DNA of 64,000 nucleotides from Chlorokybus atmophyticus (Eukaryota; Plantae; Mesostigma and Chlorokybus algae): the NCBI GenBank assembly GCA_009103225.1, contig RHPI01003642.1, positions 579,116 to 643,115 on the forward strand, read 5' to 3'. The position numbers and the translations under genes are program-made. Position 1 is the first letter of the stretch, and every line of letters begins with the position of its first letter. The notes under the pieces were generated by a model. The model saw only the letters and a list, made by a program, of their open reading frames with translations, had not been told where the DNA came from and did no database searches. Positions 24,801 through 36,135 of the stretch are shown one piece after another.

Positions 24801-27062
24801 GTCGGGCTGCTTGTGGTCCAAGCTATGTGACCCTTTCACAGACAATGTTACGCGCTTACGACCTTTCTTTACTATGCACAAGCGTGCCCCAGTATCCAAT
24901 GTCATTTTGACATTCTCCTGCCATTCCTGTCCTAATACCACATCAAAACCTAATATGTTGATGGATACCACTATGAAAGTAAGAGTGGCATGATAATTAC
25001 CAATCTTTATTTTCTTTATTTTCATTTTTATTTCCCCTTTCACTGGCAACGCACCCCCCGCACCGGCAGCTGAAAATGCAGAGGTTTTACACGCTATCTT
25101 GTTGCGCACAACCCATTGTTCCTCAACGAAATTATGTGTTGCACCAGTGTCAATTAAGAACGAACTATTTACCCCTTGCATTGTGCCACTAAATGTCCAC
25201 AACAGAGGTACTACCCGTCCTTAAAATGTAGCCAAGAGTCCGTGACCAATGCGAGGGTTGAGTAAAATTGCAAACAATCGCACTGTCCCTGTTTCACGCT
25301 TGCTAAATTGCTTCAACACAGTTCCCTTTCGAGTGTGTTTCAACCATGGGCCATGATATTTAGGCACCATCACTACCACACTTAAGGTCCCGTGCTTACT
25401 TTGCAACTTGGTCAAAGTGTGCAACACATCGGTAAGCATGTTAAACTCCACATGTACCAACACACAAGCATTCTCTTCCACCTTTTCAACATCAAAAAGT
25501 GGCAACCTGTTATGTGCTTGCCATGCATGCGTCATTACATGCACTTGGGACAGCTCATCAAACCAGTTTGCCACGAGTACAAGCAACTGGTTATCAACCA
25601 CTTCTACATCAGTCACGGCGTAATCCTATTCAACCTTCTTGGCCTTGCCTTTCCCCTTTATTGGGCAGTTCTTTGCGATGTGGCCAGGCTGATGACAGAC
25701 GTAACAGGTGCGAGCAGCAGCAGGCATGGCACCACCAGCGGGTGCGCCACTGAAATGTCTTCGCCTTCTTTGCCAGGTGTGCACTCGGATGAGCGAAACG
25801 CTTTCCCCCCACCCCCGGCGGCTTGGCCGCAACTGCTATATGTGACTTGTCCTGCACAGTCGTGTCATCATTGTACAGGTACACGCTCAGCTTCTGCAGC
25901 TTGGCCAAGTCCTCTGGAACCCAAGAAAGTCCCGTTGCCATGTTGTACTGCAGCTGATCACGCACACGCGCATCCAAGCCGCGCTTGTACACTCCAACTG
26001 CTCGACCTTGTCCATGGGCATGAGGTCGCTATTTGCACGACCCACCAATGCCTGAAACTCCTGCAGATAGGTTGAGGCCGCCCGACCATTCTGGCGCAAC
26101 TTGCTGAGCTTGTTGCAAGCCTGAGTAGCCAACTCCATGCCACCATAGCGTTCCATCAGGAACTGGAAAAGTGCCTCCACTGTCTTGGCAGCACCATCTT
26201 CTGTCTGCCTCGCCCATTCGGCGAGAGCATCAGATGGCATGAGCAACTCAGCAACAGCAATGTGCTCGTTAACCGGGCGCTTGAGTGCCGTCAAGTAGTG
26301 CTCGACAGTGACCACCCAGTCATGAATGCTGACGCTGCCGTTAGGCTTGAACTTCTCAGGCTTGTTCAGAGCTGTCACCGGCAGACCTGCTGATGCCCCA
26401 GCTACCGAAGTAGCACCTGCCACCTGTTGGCGCAGCGCCACCAACTCAGCCTGCATGGCATCGAGGCGTGCCGTCAACTGCACTCGGCCAGTCAACTTGT
26501 CTTCCAAGTTAGGTCTCAAGTACCAGAACACATCCTTGCAACGCTGTGAGGTTTCCACTCCCAATTTGGCCAAAGCCTCAAACGCCATTCGCTTGCCTTG
26601 GTAAGGGAGAGGCTTATCATATACGGCCATGATAGCTGCCACCTTTGGATCACCTCGCACGAGTGGCGGGATGTTGTTCGTCAGCTCATGTTCGAGCATG
26701 CGGATCACCATCTCCTTGCTTGCACGAGGGAGTGTGGCAAAGTCTGTCTCATAGCCATCACGAACCGTCTGCGCCCATGCATCCCACCTTTCTTGACGAA
26801 GCTGAGGGTGGGCAGCAAGTAGAGCTTTACGCTCTGAGGCATACTTTTCAATGGCCCCGCCAATGACACTCTGTGTGTCCACTGCAGCTGGTCCACTTTA
26901 AGCAGACTGGTTGGGAGAAGCTTCGCTGTCTTGCTTAGCTCCTTCCTTCTCACTGTCAGTAAGCTTATAGCTTTCACTCGTGTCAGAGTAGTTCACTTCG
27001 TCTTCACTCGATGGCTCATATGATGTGGACATCTCCACATCATCCCCTCCTTGGTCAGACAT
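21880..27062 (-). pseudogene. gag-pol polyprotein disrupted by in-frame stops and frameshifts
   Basis: gag from MSDQGGDD (27062); CCHC knuckle CYVCHQPGHIAKNCP (~25660-25710); protease FLIDTGATHNF; RT LRMCVDYRALN / YLDDII; RNase H DASTLGCGAVL; integrase VFVDRLTKMVH / SDRDPRF / HPQTDGQTERAN; chromodomain YEVEAIL...YLVKWKG then YGVEHNTWEPERNL in a shifted frame. Stops at ~26898, 25626, 25221, 23619; frameshifts at ~25990, ~25830, ~21955 and in RH/IN. Confidence 0.93.
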
Positions 27063-27926
27063 CTGCCCAAGAATACAAGCCGTCAATTGTAGAAGTGCGC
27101 AAGTGCACAAAACACCCAAGTTGTGCACTGCAAAAGTGTCAGAATCTATAGATTTTGTCTCGTCAAGTTTTAAGTGCTTAACGTGGACAAACAAGAGCTC
27201 TCCACACACCTTTCAACTAGACACTCACGTTGAAGCAAACCGCACGCAAATCCACGCGGCGGTTCACAAGTTACAACTTGTCAAAGTTTTCACTTTGTAC
27301 AACTCAGCTCAACCCACAATTGTAATTGACACACAGGGTGCCAAAATCTCGTTGAATCAACCCTACAGGCTGATATTAACGAGTTGTGAGTTGTGAGTTT
27401 GATATCGGCCGCACAGAGTGACTCTGGCGGCCTCACCGCACTGACTGGCGGTAACGGCAGCCGATGTTGCCACCGGACTGCCTCACAAGGGTTGGTTTTC
27501 TGAATACTATTTCACACCCTTTCACACCACCACGAATCCACGTGGTGGCAAGCACACAAGCACAAGCACAGTATGTTATCACAATAATGTGATTACAAGT
27601 GATGTGCTGGGCATGCAATGCTTGGGGGGGGCTGCCTATGTGGCCGCCTCCCCTTTACGCAAGCTAACAAGCCTGGCTAGGCAAGGCAGGGCAAGGCAAG
27701 CAAACTAGGCTAAGCTAGGCTAAGCACCAGCAGCAACTATAACTATTATAACAACAACAACAACAACTAGCTGACAACTACCACTACCCACCCTAGTGGG
27801 TAGCGGCTGCTAGTTGCCGCCGCCGCTGCAGTCGCTGCCGCCTGCCGCCACTGGTCAGTGCTGCCGCCTGCCGCCGCAGTCGCTGCCGCCTGCCGCCGCC
27901 CCTCCCACAAGCCCCTCGCCGCCCGC

Positions 27927-27938
27927 GCTCCGATACCA
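27927..27938 (-). promoter_or_regulatory. Primer-binding site, initiator-Met tRNA type
   Basis: Minus-strand TGGTATCGGAGC one base inside the 5' LTR; the canonical plant iMet PBS is TGGTATCAGAGC. Confidence 0.88.
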
Positions 27939-27939
27939 A

Positions 27940-28277
27940 TGTAAGGAGAGTGGGTGCTCCCTCCTCCCTTTAATCCCCTACCCCAACACCACCACCAGCC
28001 ACGCCGCCCACGCCGCCGCCGCCAGGGGTAACCGCCGAAGCAGAAGATCCCCTGGCTATGGCGGTCGCTGCGTTAGCAGCGCCGCCATGCGGCTGATATC
28101 GACATGAGACTCATGTCTCATGTCGATATCAGTGTTACAGATAAGTAACACTACATTAGGGCCTTAACATAAGTTAACGGCCCTAATATGGCTTAATAGG
28201 CTGGATAATCCCGTCGGGACCCTTATGTAATCCTAAATAAGGGCGGGGAACCTCTATGGAGGTAGCACACCGTTACA
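27940..28277 (-). repeat. 5' LTR of the gypsy element
   Basis: Plus strand reads TGTAAGG...CCGTTACA, intact TG...CA termini. Confidence 0.96.
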
Positions 28278-30087
28278 TATATATCCTCATGATATATACA
28301 TTAAAAAGTTCACATTGCCACATAGTATTGATCAATTGGCAATACGGACGGGCAAGTAACCTTGCATACATAAATGGAGCATAGATTGCACACCGTGGCA
28401 ACACTCTCACACTACCACATCGCAATGGTCGGCATTGTTTCACTGCGCCACGAACACCTGGGACACTCACACACCAACACACACGCAGCGCTTACAAATG
28501 AGCAATGATCACCTACGCTACTGCCATGCTCAACTTGGAAGTATGTACCCCCAAGCTGATGCCCAGTAAAGAGCAAGTGCAAAAGACAGGTAATGCATGG
28601 CCATGCTCAACTAAAGGATAGTATCTAATTGGCAAAACGCAAATGACTCACATGCACTTGTGTAGGCTTTTCAAACGGTGACACAACGCACGCATAGGCA
28701 GCACAACCACCGGCAAGCACACGGGCAATGGCAGCTCAATTAATAGGGCAAGGACACTAAGTAACCTATGTGCTACTAGCTAAGTGCTGGTGCAAGGCGG
28801 AGGGGAGGGGAGGGGCAGAGGCAGCAGGGCAGGTAAGGGCAAGTCGTGTCGAGTTTGCAAAGCAGACTTGTGCAACAGGCGGTAGGGGTAAGGACGCAGG
28901 CTTTGCAGGCCGAGGGCAAGACCATGGATAGAGCGTAGCAGCAGCAGCAAGCGCAGGCAGGTTAGGCAGGGCGGAGGGCGGGGATGCTTGCAGTGCTGTG
29001 CAAATGAGTGCCAGCGATGGCGGCTGAGGCTGCGTAGCAGCTCTTGTAAGTTGTGTGGTAAGACCGAAGCCATGGCTGCAGGGAATCGGCAGGTGCCAGC
29101 ATGCATGCATGCATACATGCCCCTCACCCAGCCCATTCCTCTCCCTCTCCCTGTAGTTGCTGCAAGTAGGTGAGCGGTGCTATGTACACCATACCAGCCA
29201 GCACATTGCACATAGCATCAGCCCCATGGCATAGTGGGGCAGTCTTCGCGTTGTATTGTGTTGGGTTCAACTGCTACTTGCTTGCGCTTGTCATTATGGT
29301 TGGTTGAGTGCTTGACCCCTCGGATATTACCATACATGTATACCAACAGCGCTCGAGGCTAGCATTAGGCCAGCGATGCTTGGGCTGAACACGCGGTGCA
29401 AGTTGATATACAGCCAAGGCAATGGCAAAGACCTACACCACTCGCGTTATGCCTGCCCCCATGGCGACATGCCAGGGGGCAGACAGTCTCAGCAGCAGCG
29501 CCTTGTGTGTAAAAGACAATCCACAATAAGCATATGCGTGGGTACCTGTGACCAAAAGATGCAGTAGGTCTGACGCTGTCAACTTAACATGCTGCGTCAA
29601 GTTAACTCACATGCCATAGGCCAATCCATCACATTGCCAAATGTCTCAGAGTTTGCATTAAGCAAAACTGTGCACTGGTGAAGGGAGCATTACCAGTGTG
29701 ATGCCCTATCATGCAGTCCACCCTTGCTATATTTTACACAGGACCAGCAAAGTAATCGATGGACGGACCAGAGGTGCTGTGTGCTTGATGGACTAGGCCG
29801 CACTGAATCAGTGATAATCAACACATGTCAATCCAGGACACACTGTATACAACTCGCACTGGCAGCACAACCACTTGGGAACTATACATCTGCTTAACGC
29901 AGTGTGGAATCTGGCACCAAAAAGTCATTCAGGATATGCTAATGTGGCAGCAATGTGAGCTAAGACATAACCAACGCCCACATATGAATGCAACAGCACT
30001 CCAACAACACAGGCACGGACAGTCAGGGTTGGGTATATATTTATCAACAGTGGGAGCGTACATTGCTACTGCTAGTATACCAGATGC

Positions 30088-31081
30088 TTATTTGAGCTTG
30101 GCTGCAAGGGCGTTGAGGCTGGACACGGCCTGGGCGTGCAGCTGCAGGGCGGGCTCGACCTGGCGGAGGCGCTGTGCATTGTAGTCGAGCTGCAATGTTC
30201 ACCACAGTCAGACCCGCTGCACACAGTATCATAAAAGAAAGCAATTAGACAAGCACTACTTACGTCCTCAAGCGTCCTCTCAATCTTCTTGTAGTCAGCA
30301 TTCAGAGCAACGCGCTGTTCCTTGGGCTGGGCGGCGATGAGCTTCTCAATGTCAAAGCGCAAGTAGCCGGCACTTGTCCTCAACCGGGACTGGACGTCCC
30401 ACCAGGTCTTCTTCTCAATTGAGGTCTTGGCGGCCTCAACGGCGGACTGCACAGAACACAGCTGAGAAACCAACAAAGCAAGTATAACGAATACTGCCAA
30501 CCCAATGCCAGGATATCACACTTACAATGGCCTTCGCCAGGCGCTCCTTGGAGTCACCACCGCCCAGGGAGAAGCGCTCCTTCTTGAAGTCCAGCTCGAC
30601 ATCAAAACCGGTGTCACGCTCCTTCAGAACACCTGAGAAGCATGCAATCTGTGATGTACAGTCCAGCGGGGCTGGCACACTAAGCTGCAGTGCAGAGAAG
30701 ATTTGGCCAAAAACGTGCTCCCACTTGTTGGGCCTCGTATGTTGTTGTTAAGCTAGTCAGAGAGTAGCGGAACACCGCAGCATTATGATGCAAGCGCAAA
30801 CCTTGGCCAGCTGGGGTCTTGTCAATGCTGATGCGCTCAAGAGCAGATGCGCCCTGGGTGAAAGAGCCGGCGGCGATGGCGCCAGCGATCAGACCCAGGA
30901 CGGATCGGCGGGAGGAGGCGGAGGCGGAGACCTCATCCTGCTGGGCGCGCACGACCAAGGGGACGGAGGCAACGGAGCCGGCCTTTGCGGGCCGCAGCGC
31001 CTTGGCGCTCTGGCGCTGGGCAGCGCTGCTCGACAGCGAGCTGGGGGCAATGGCCGCCATGGACATGGTGGTCGACGCCAT
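30088..31081 (-). CDS. psbQ: Photosystem II oxygen-evolving enhancer protein 3 (PsbQ/OEE3) precursor, 4 exons
   Basis: Bipartite transit peptide with twin-Arg (SSRRSVLGLIAGAIAAGSFTQGASA); mature region KKTWWDVQSRLRTSAGYLRFDIEKLI...TLEDLDYNA...AVSSLNALAAKLK matches the PsbQ four-helix bundle. Confidence 0.92.
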
Positions 31082-32499
31082 TGCTCCTGCTGCCAAAGAC
31101 ACCAACCACAACCCCGCTGACGTCGCCTCCAACACCGCCGCCCTGACCACTGACTATGTACTTTGCTCTCTATGTCCAAAGGTTGAAGTTACAAAATCCT
31201 CAAGGCGCACTGGTCTTAGCTTGCCAATCGCCTGCGCTTTCTGCCGGCAAGGGCTTCTAGCCAGCGCCAGGCCGCTCGGTTGTTACCGTAAGACCCGGCA
31301 CGCGTCCGTCCGCTGCGAGTCATCGATCAGCACCGGTCAAGATAAAATGCGTCTTTGGTCGCAGTAACGGAGTTGATGGCAACAGAGACCCGGTTAGACA
31401 AGCCGGCTAAGCTGTCATAACCCCGGCTACTATTGACCGGTACTTGCCGGTATGCGGCCGGGGCGCGTCGCGTGCTTGCGTGTCGACCAATGGGCGGTCG
31501 AGAGGGCGTCTCGGCTTCCGCGGCTTTATTGGATAAGCCTTCTATCCGCTTGTGCGCTTGTGCGGTACCACGGACCACGCTTGTGCGCTGCCGACGTGGC
31601 AACAGGGGTTTATCCTCTGCTGGCCAATCATGCATGCCTTGCGTGGAGCTTCCGTCGACGGAGTAGCGGGCAGCATTCCTTCCGTAGCTGTGTGCAGTCG
31701 TGAACGCTTCCAAATCGCAGTGGCACTGCGTTGACTAAATTAGCATCTATGAACTCTTCTACAGTAATGACATGTGTGTGTAAACAGAGAACATGTACAG
31801 TCATGTGTGCAAATGATGTGTGTACGCAGTAGCAGTTGGATTAGCTAAAATTACACTGGTGTGCACGATGCGCTAGCACATTGGCGCGCATGTATAGATT
31901 GTCAATAATAGACCAGGCATACAGTTAATATTTTAATTAAAAATAAAATCACAACGTTTCGTTTACTATCTACGGAACACTCACACCCATAAGCACACAC
32001 GTGAACATAGATATAATTATGCCAACCACAGCATACTATGCTCATACATGCTCATGTGTCCCACCTAGCCGCCACTCCTTCTATGCTATAATGCATCATT
32101 AACAGTATGCGACAATCAACACACCCGTTTATCGAGTTAAAATGCACATAATGCCTTCGATGCATCCATGTGTCGAAGACACTATGTGTAAATATGTGCA
32201 GTGCAAATGTTACATCATGTATTATACCTTACAACCCAATAATTGAATCGCATAAGGTTGTCAGAAGTATCTTGCATAAAGCCGTTCATGTGTACAACGG
32301 TACTATTAACATTGTACAGTTGCAAAGTTCGCAATCAATATTAGCGTCTAACAATCTCGTGTTCATTGTCAATGTGGCTGCGAGCGCTTTCATGCAAATT
32401 CTTACAACTACCGAGTTTATTGCAAAATACTCTACAGCACACTGAATATGCTCCCTTACGATATGAGTTGTGCAGTGCATCACACGGCGCCTGCAGCAG

Positions 32500-32990
32500 A
32501 ATCCGTTCTCGGAAAAAAAGTCAGTTGTGCCGTCAGCGGCACCTGCCTTCGAGTTCTGCGAGCAGTTCTTCTTCCAAGACGGCACAAGTCGCTTTGTGCC
32601 GGCAGAGGATCGTAAGTCATCATCTGTCAGCCGGCACAAGCTGGTTACTGCCGCTGACGGGGCAAACTGCGTTGGGCCGACCTCGGCACAACAGTACTTT
32701 TAACGTCTTCGGCACAGCAGCGCTTCTGCCGTCTTCGGCATAGATGCGACCCCACCGTCTTCGGCACAGCAGCGCTTATGCCGTCTTCGGCACAATAGCA
32801 CTTCTGCCGTCTTCGGCACAGCAGCGCTTATGCCGTCTTCGGCACAATAGCACTTCTGCCGTCTTCGGCACAGCAACAATCCTGCCGTCTTCGGCACAGT
32901 AGCACTTCTGCCGACTTCGGCACAGCAGCAGCAGCAGTCGTGCCGTTGACGGCACAGCTCCTGGTGTGCCGACCTCGGTGGACCAGCAGT
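32500..32990. repeat. Left subterminal repeat array: ~10 tandem ~26-bp units GTCTTCGGCACAxxAGCxCTTxTGCC plus scattered motifs
   Basis: Directly readable at 32706-32975; each unit contains the inverted pair CGGCA...TGCCG. Confidence 0.9.
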
Positions 32991-33329
32991 CATGCCGATA
33001 ACGGCCCAGCCATCTTCATTCCACAATTAGCAGCACAATATAGCAGGCATATGCAGGCAAATTGCAGGCAATTTTTCTGGCAAAGAAATCTCAACCGCAT
33101 ATGGAGTTTACATTGTACCATGTACTCTTAACTAGTACTAGAATAGGCTCCAATTGTTTGCAAGAAGCTAACTGCTACCAGGAAGCTAAACTGCTGGTAG
33201 CAAGCTAAACTGCTAGCAAGAAGTCAGACTTTTAGCAAGAAGCTAGACTGGCGGCTGCAGGGAAGCTGCATGGAAGCTGGACTGGTTGCTGCAAGAAAGA
33301 TGAGCGAAGGTCTTCAGCTTGGTACCCAA

Positions 33330-35751
33330 TTATGGACCGGGTTGTCGCTTGGCTTGACTATTCCAGTGCCAGCCATAGCGTGCTTCTCCAGAATCATCCT
33401 GTACCAGCCAGCGCTTGTTGACTGCAAATGTAACAAGCATGAGACCGATCTGCGAGTCAGTGAACTTTGCAAGCAGATGGTCCTCCTTCGGCAGCCTCCC
33501 AATCTGCGTCCCGTATGTCCCCCTCCAGGAAGTGTACACCTCCAGCAAGCTCTCGCGGTTGGGAACATTGGCGCAAAAGGTATTGCAGCAGATGCCAGCC
33601 AAGTGCATGAGATGGTCAGAGCAACGATTGATCTGCAAGCAAGAATTGTTACAAGTGTGCATCATGCAAGCATGCTGCATACGCTACAACCCACTGCAAC
33701 GTTCTTACCCTCTGATTGATGTCATGCTGGTCTTCTGGCTGCACGCGCTTGTCAACCACAAGTGCGCGAACGCATCTTGGGGTGACTTCTGCAATGCAGT
33801 CGCCTGAAGAGCAGTCTGAGCAAGGGCAGACTGCAGACGGGGCTACCAAGGATGCAGGCCAAGCACAACTGCGTCCCTGCATCACTCAAGCAGCCGCATT
33901 AGTGCATATCACGCATATAGTCTTCCTTGCAGTTACGCTTGCAATGTGCTGTGCCGCAGCACACGCTCTACTACGCTCACCAAGACATTGCTGCACAAGT
34001 GCTCGTCCCCGGTCAGCTGGCCAGCATACCCGTCCGTGTCACGTACTGGCATGTAGACGCATTGATCACTGATACCCTTGTCGTTGTACCACTCCAGCAC
34101 CTTCACTTTGTAGATGCGCCAAGGAGTCTCTTGCTCAAGCACCTCCAGTACTTGACCGCGCCCAACAGCCACAACCCTGCGGCTGCTGCTGCCGCTGGTG
34201 CTTGCAGCATCTGCTGCGGGTCTGCAGCACCAGCCGCATATGAATTCCTTACGAGTGCGGGTGCAAAGGCCTTGTGCAAGAGGATAAATGGCGTACCTGA
34301 AAGCCACCCAGTCCTCACGCAGCTGCGCTTGAGAAGGCGGCTCAGCAGTCAACAAGGCAAGCAGCACAGCATTTTGGCTGGAGGGAAAGTCTGCAACAGT
34401 GAAATGTGGGCCAAGCCCGTAGTCTGTGCGCGAGCGGCGTGGAGCTGGCTCCTCTGCGTCAACGCGCTTCTCAGCGCGTGCAGCGCGCATCTTCTCCTTG
34501 CGCTGCTCACGGGTCAAGCCTACCGTTTCGCCTGGCGTTAATGGATGGCCCCGTCTTGCATTATCCACAAACCGGCGGATTTGCTCATGAATCCATGCTG
34601 CAAACAAGAGGCAGTGAGCAGCCATTTCGCATGAAGCACAAGACATCTGGCAGGTGGCAGCTGGCATATAGACGCACATGCACATAGGCAGACGCAGATT
34701 ACTTACTTGTAGGCCAGCGCAATGTCTGTCCGTTGATCTCCAGCGGAGTGTGATTCTGCATTACATCCGCCACCACCTCCTCCCTCATGTCATGATCTGG
34801 GCCGGCCCGATTGAAGCTCCTGCCAACACAGCGGTCTGGGAACTTGGCCCACAGCTTCTCCTTTAAAAGCTTGCGGTTGTCCTCCTGTATTCTCCACTGT
34901 GTCTCGTCCTTCTTCTTCAAGTAAGCTTGCCCATTTTGCTCTAGTCCCCTAGGCTTGTCAGCGACAGGGGCAAAGCACTTTTCCTCCAGCTTTGCCTTCT
35001 TGACTGCCTCTGACTCGTCTTCGCAGTTAACTTCATCAACAGCTCCTGCGCACAAGGCCAACAGTCAGCGCATGGCACTTGCAAAAGAGAGCAAAGCAAG
35101 CAGAGCTTTAGCCAAGCTGCAGCTTCAGCTATGTTGCAGTTGCGGCTTGGCTAACACTGTTGCTTGACTGAAGCTGCAGACCGAAGCGTACAAAATACAG
35201 CAAAGCAAGTAGAGCTTCACCCAACCTACCACTTCACTTCTAAACTGCAGCTGCGGCTTGGCTGAGGCTCTGCTTGGCAGAAAGTCGATATGCAGCCATT
35301 ACTCAAGCTGCAGCTTCAACCAAGCCGCAGGTTCAATTGAGTTGTAGCTTCAGCTTGACTGAAGCTGCAGACCAAAGCATACAAATGAGCACGCAGAGCT
35401 TCAGCTGCAGGAGCAATTAAGTTGCACCAGCAGCTTGGCAGCAGACTAGTTGAAAGCAAGCACACCTGTGTCCCCAGATTGTGCTCCCGCCTCGTCTTGC
35501 TCCTCTTCGTCTTCAGCTTGCAACCTCCGCTGATCCCTGTTTAACTTCTGCACGTCTTCAAGGATCCGCGAAGCAATGCTCAGCCTAGGTGTGATATGTG
35601 CAAGAATTTCTGCTGAGAGGCTGTAGTAAGCTTCTCCATCAATCTCTTCCTCCTCGAACTTCTCCGCTATTGCTTGTGCACTTGGAACCCCTCTCAACAA
35701 TTTAGCTACCCGTTTGGAGATAAGCTCAACGCTCATCATATACACTGACAT
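33330..35751 (-). CDS. CACTA cargo gene A: SAM domain + Tudor/SH3-like barrel + Cys/His module (about 5 exons)
   Basis: AEKFEEEEIDGEAYYSLSAEILAHITPRLSIASRILEDVQKL (SAM pattern). Exons 35061-34699 and 34560-33933 (VAVGRGQVLEVLEQETPWRIYKVKVLEWY), then CPCSDC...C and C...CSDHLMHLAGICC. Splice model inferred. Confidence 0.6.
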
Positions 35752-35970
35752 TGTGCTTGAGAGCAGCACACAACCTTGTAGTTTGGTAGCTGCTAGAAAC
35801 AGCTTCCAGCATCGCAACCTAGCAAGTAGGCCCGGAAACGCCAAGACGCAAAACAGTCAACCACCAATTTCACTCCCGCCACCTCCTCCGCCGCCACCGC
35901 CGCCGCCGAAGCACTGCGGACAGCTGTGCTTCTTCGGAGTCTTACTGCGCAGAAGTCAGCTGCGCACAAG

Positions 35971-36005
35971 TTAGGGTTAGGGTTAGGGTTAGGGTTAGGG
36001 TTAGG
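35971..36005 (+). repeat. Interstitial telomere-like repeat (TTAGGG)5 + TTAGG
   Basis: Five perfect TTAGGG units plus TTAGG, between cargo genes A and B. Confidence 0.95.
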
Positions 36006-36135
36006 ATTCCTGAGTAATAAATAGCCATAGCAGCATACATAGGACATACAACGGCTATTCCTGTGTGTGGCGGTGGCGTGCTTGGTGGCCTCGGTTTGTA
36101 AAGCGTTGAGCTGTTGCACCGTATTGAGCATAGCA

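Larger units (their letters stand above)
21393..28277 (-). mobile_element. Full-length Ty3/gypsy LTR retrotransposon (chromovirus), 6,885 bp, coding-disabled
   Basis: Two 338-bp direct repeats (5 differences), PBS and PPT in minus orientation, gag-NC-PR-RT-RH-IN-chromodomain order. Inserted in a TA run (TATA on both sides). Confidence 0.97.

Noticed and set aside
28766-29211. Short Pro/Leu-rich minus-strand ORFs between the LTR element and psbQ
   Set aside because: No motif, low complexity, no supported splice structure.
32706-32975. CRISPR-like array (constant repeat with a variable middle)
   Set aside because: Variable parts are only ~8-10 nt and mutually similar, there are no cas genes, the host is eukaryotic, and the same motif recurs at the far end of the CACTA element. 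These are subterminal repeats.
35971-36005. Chromosome end or telomere fusion
   Set aside because: Only ~6 units in one orientation, embedded inside a transposon with continuous sequence on both sides.
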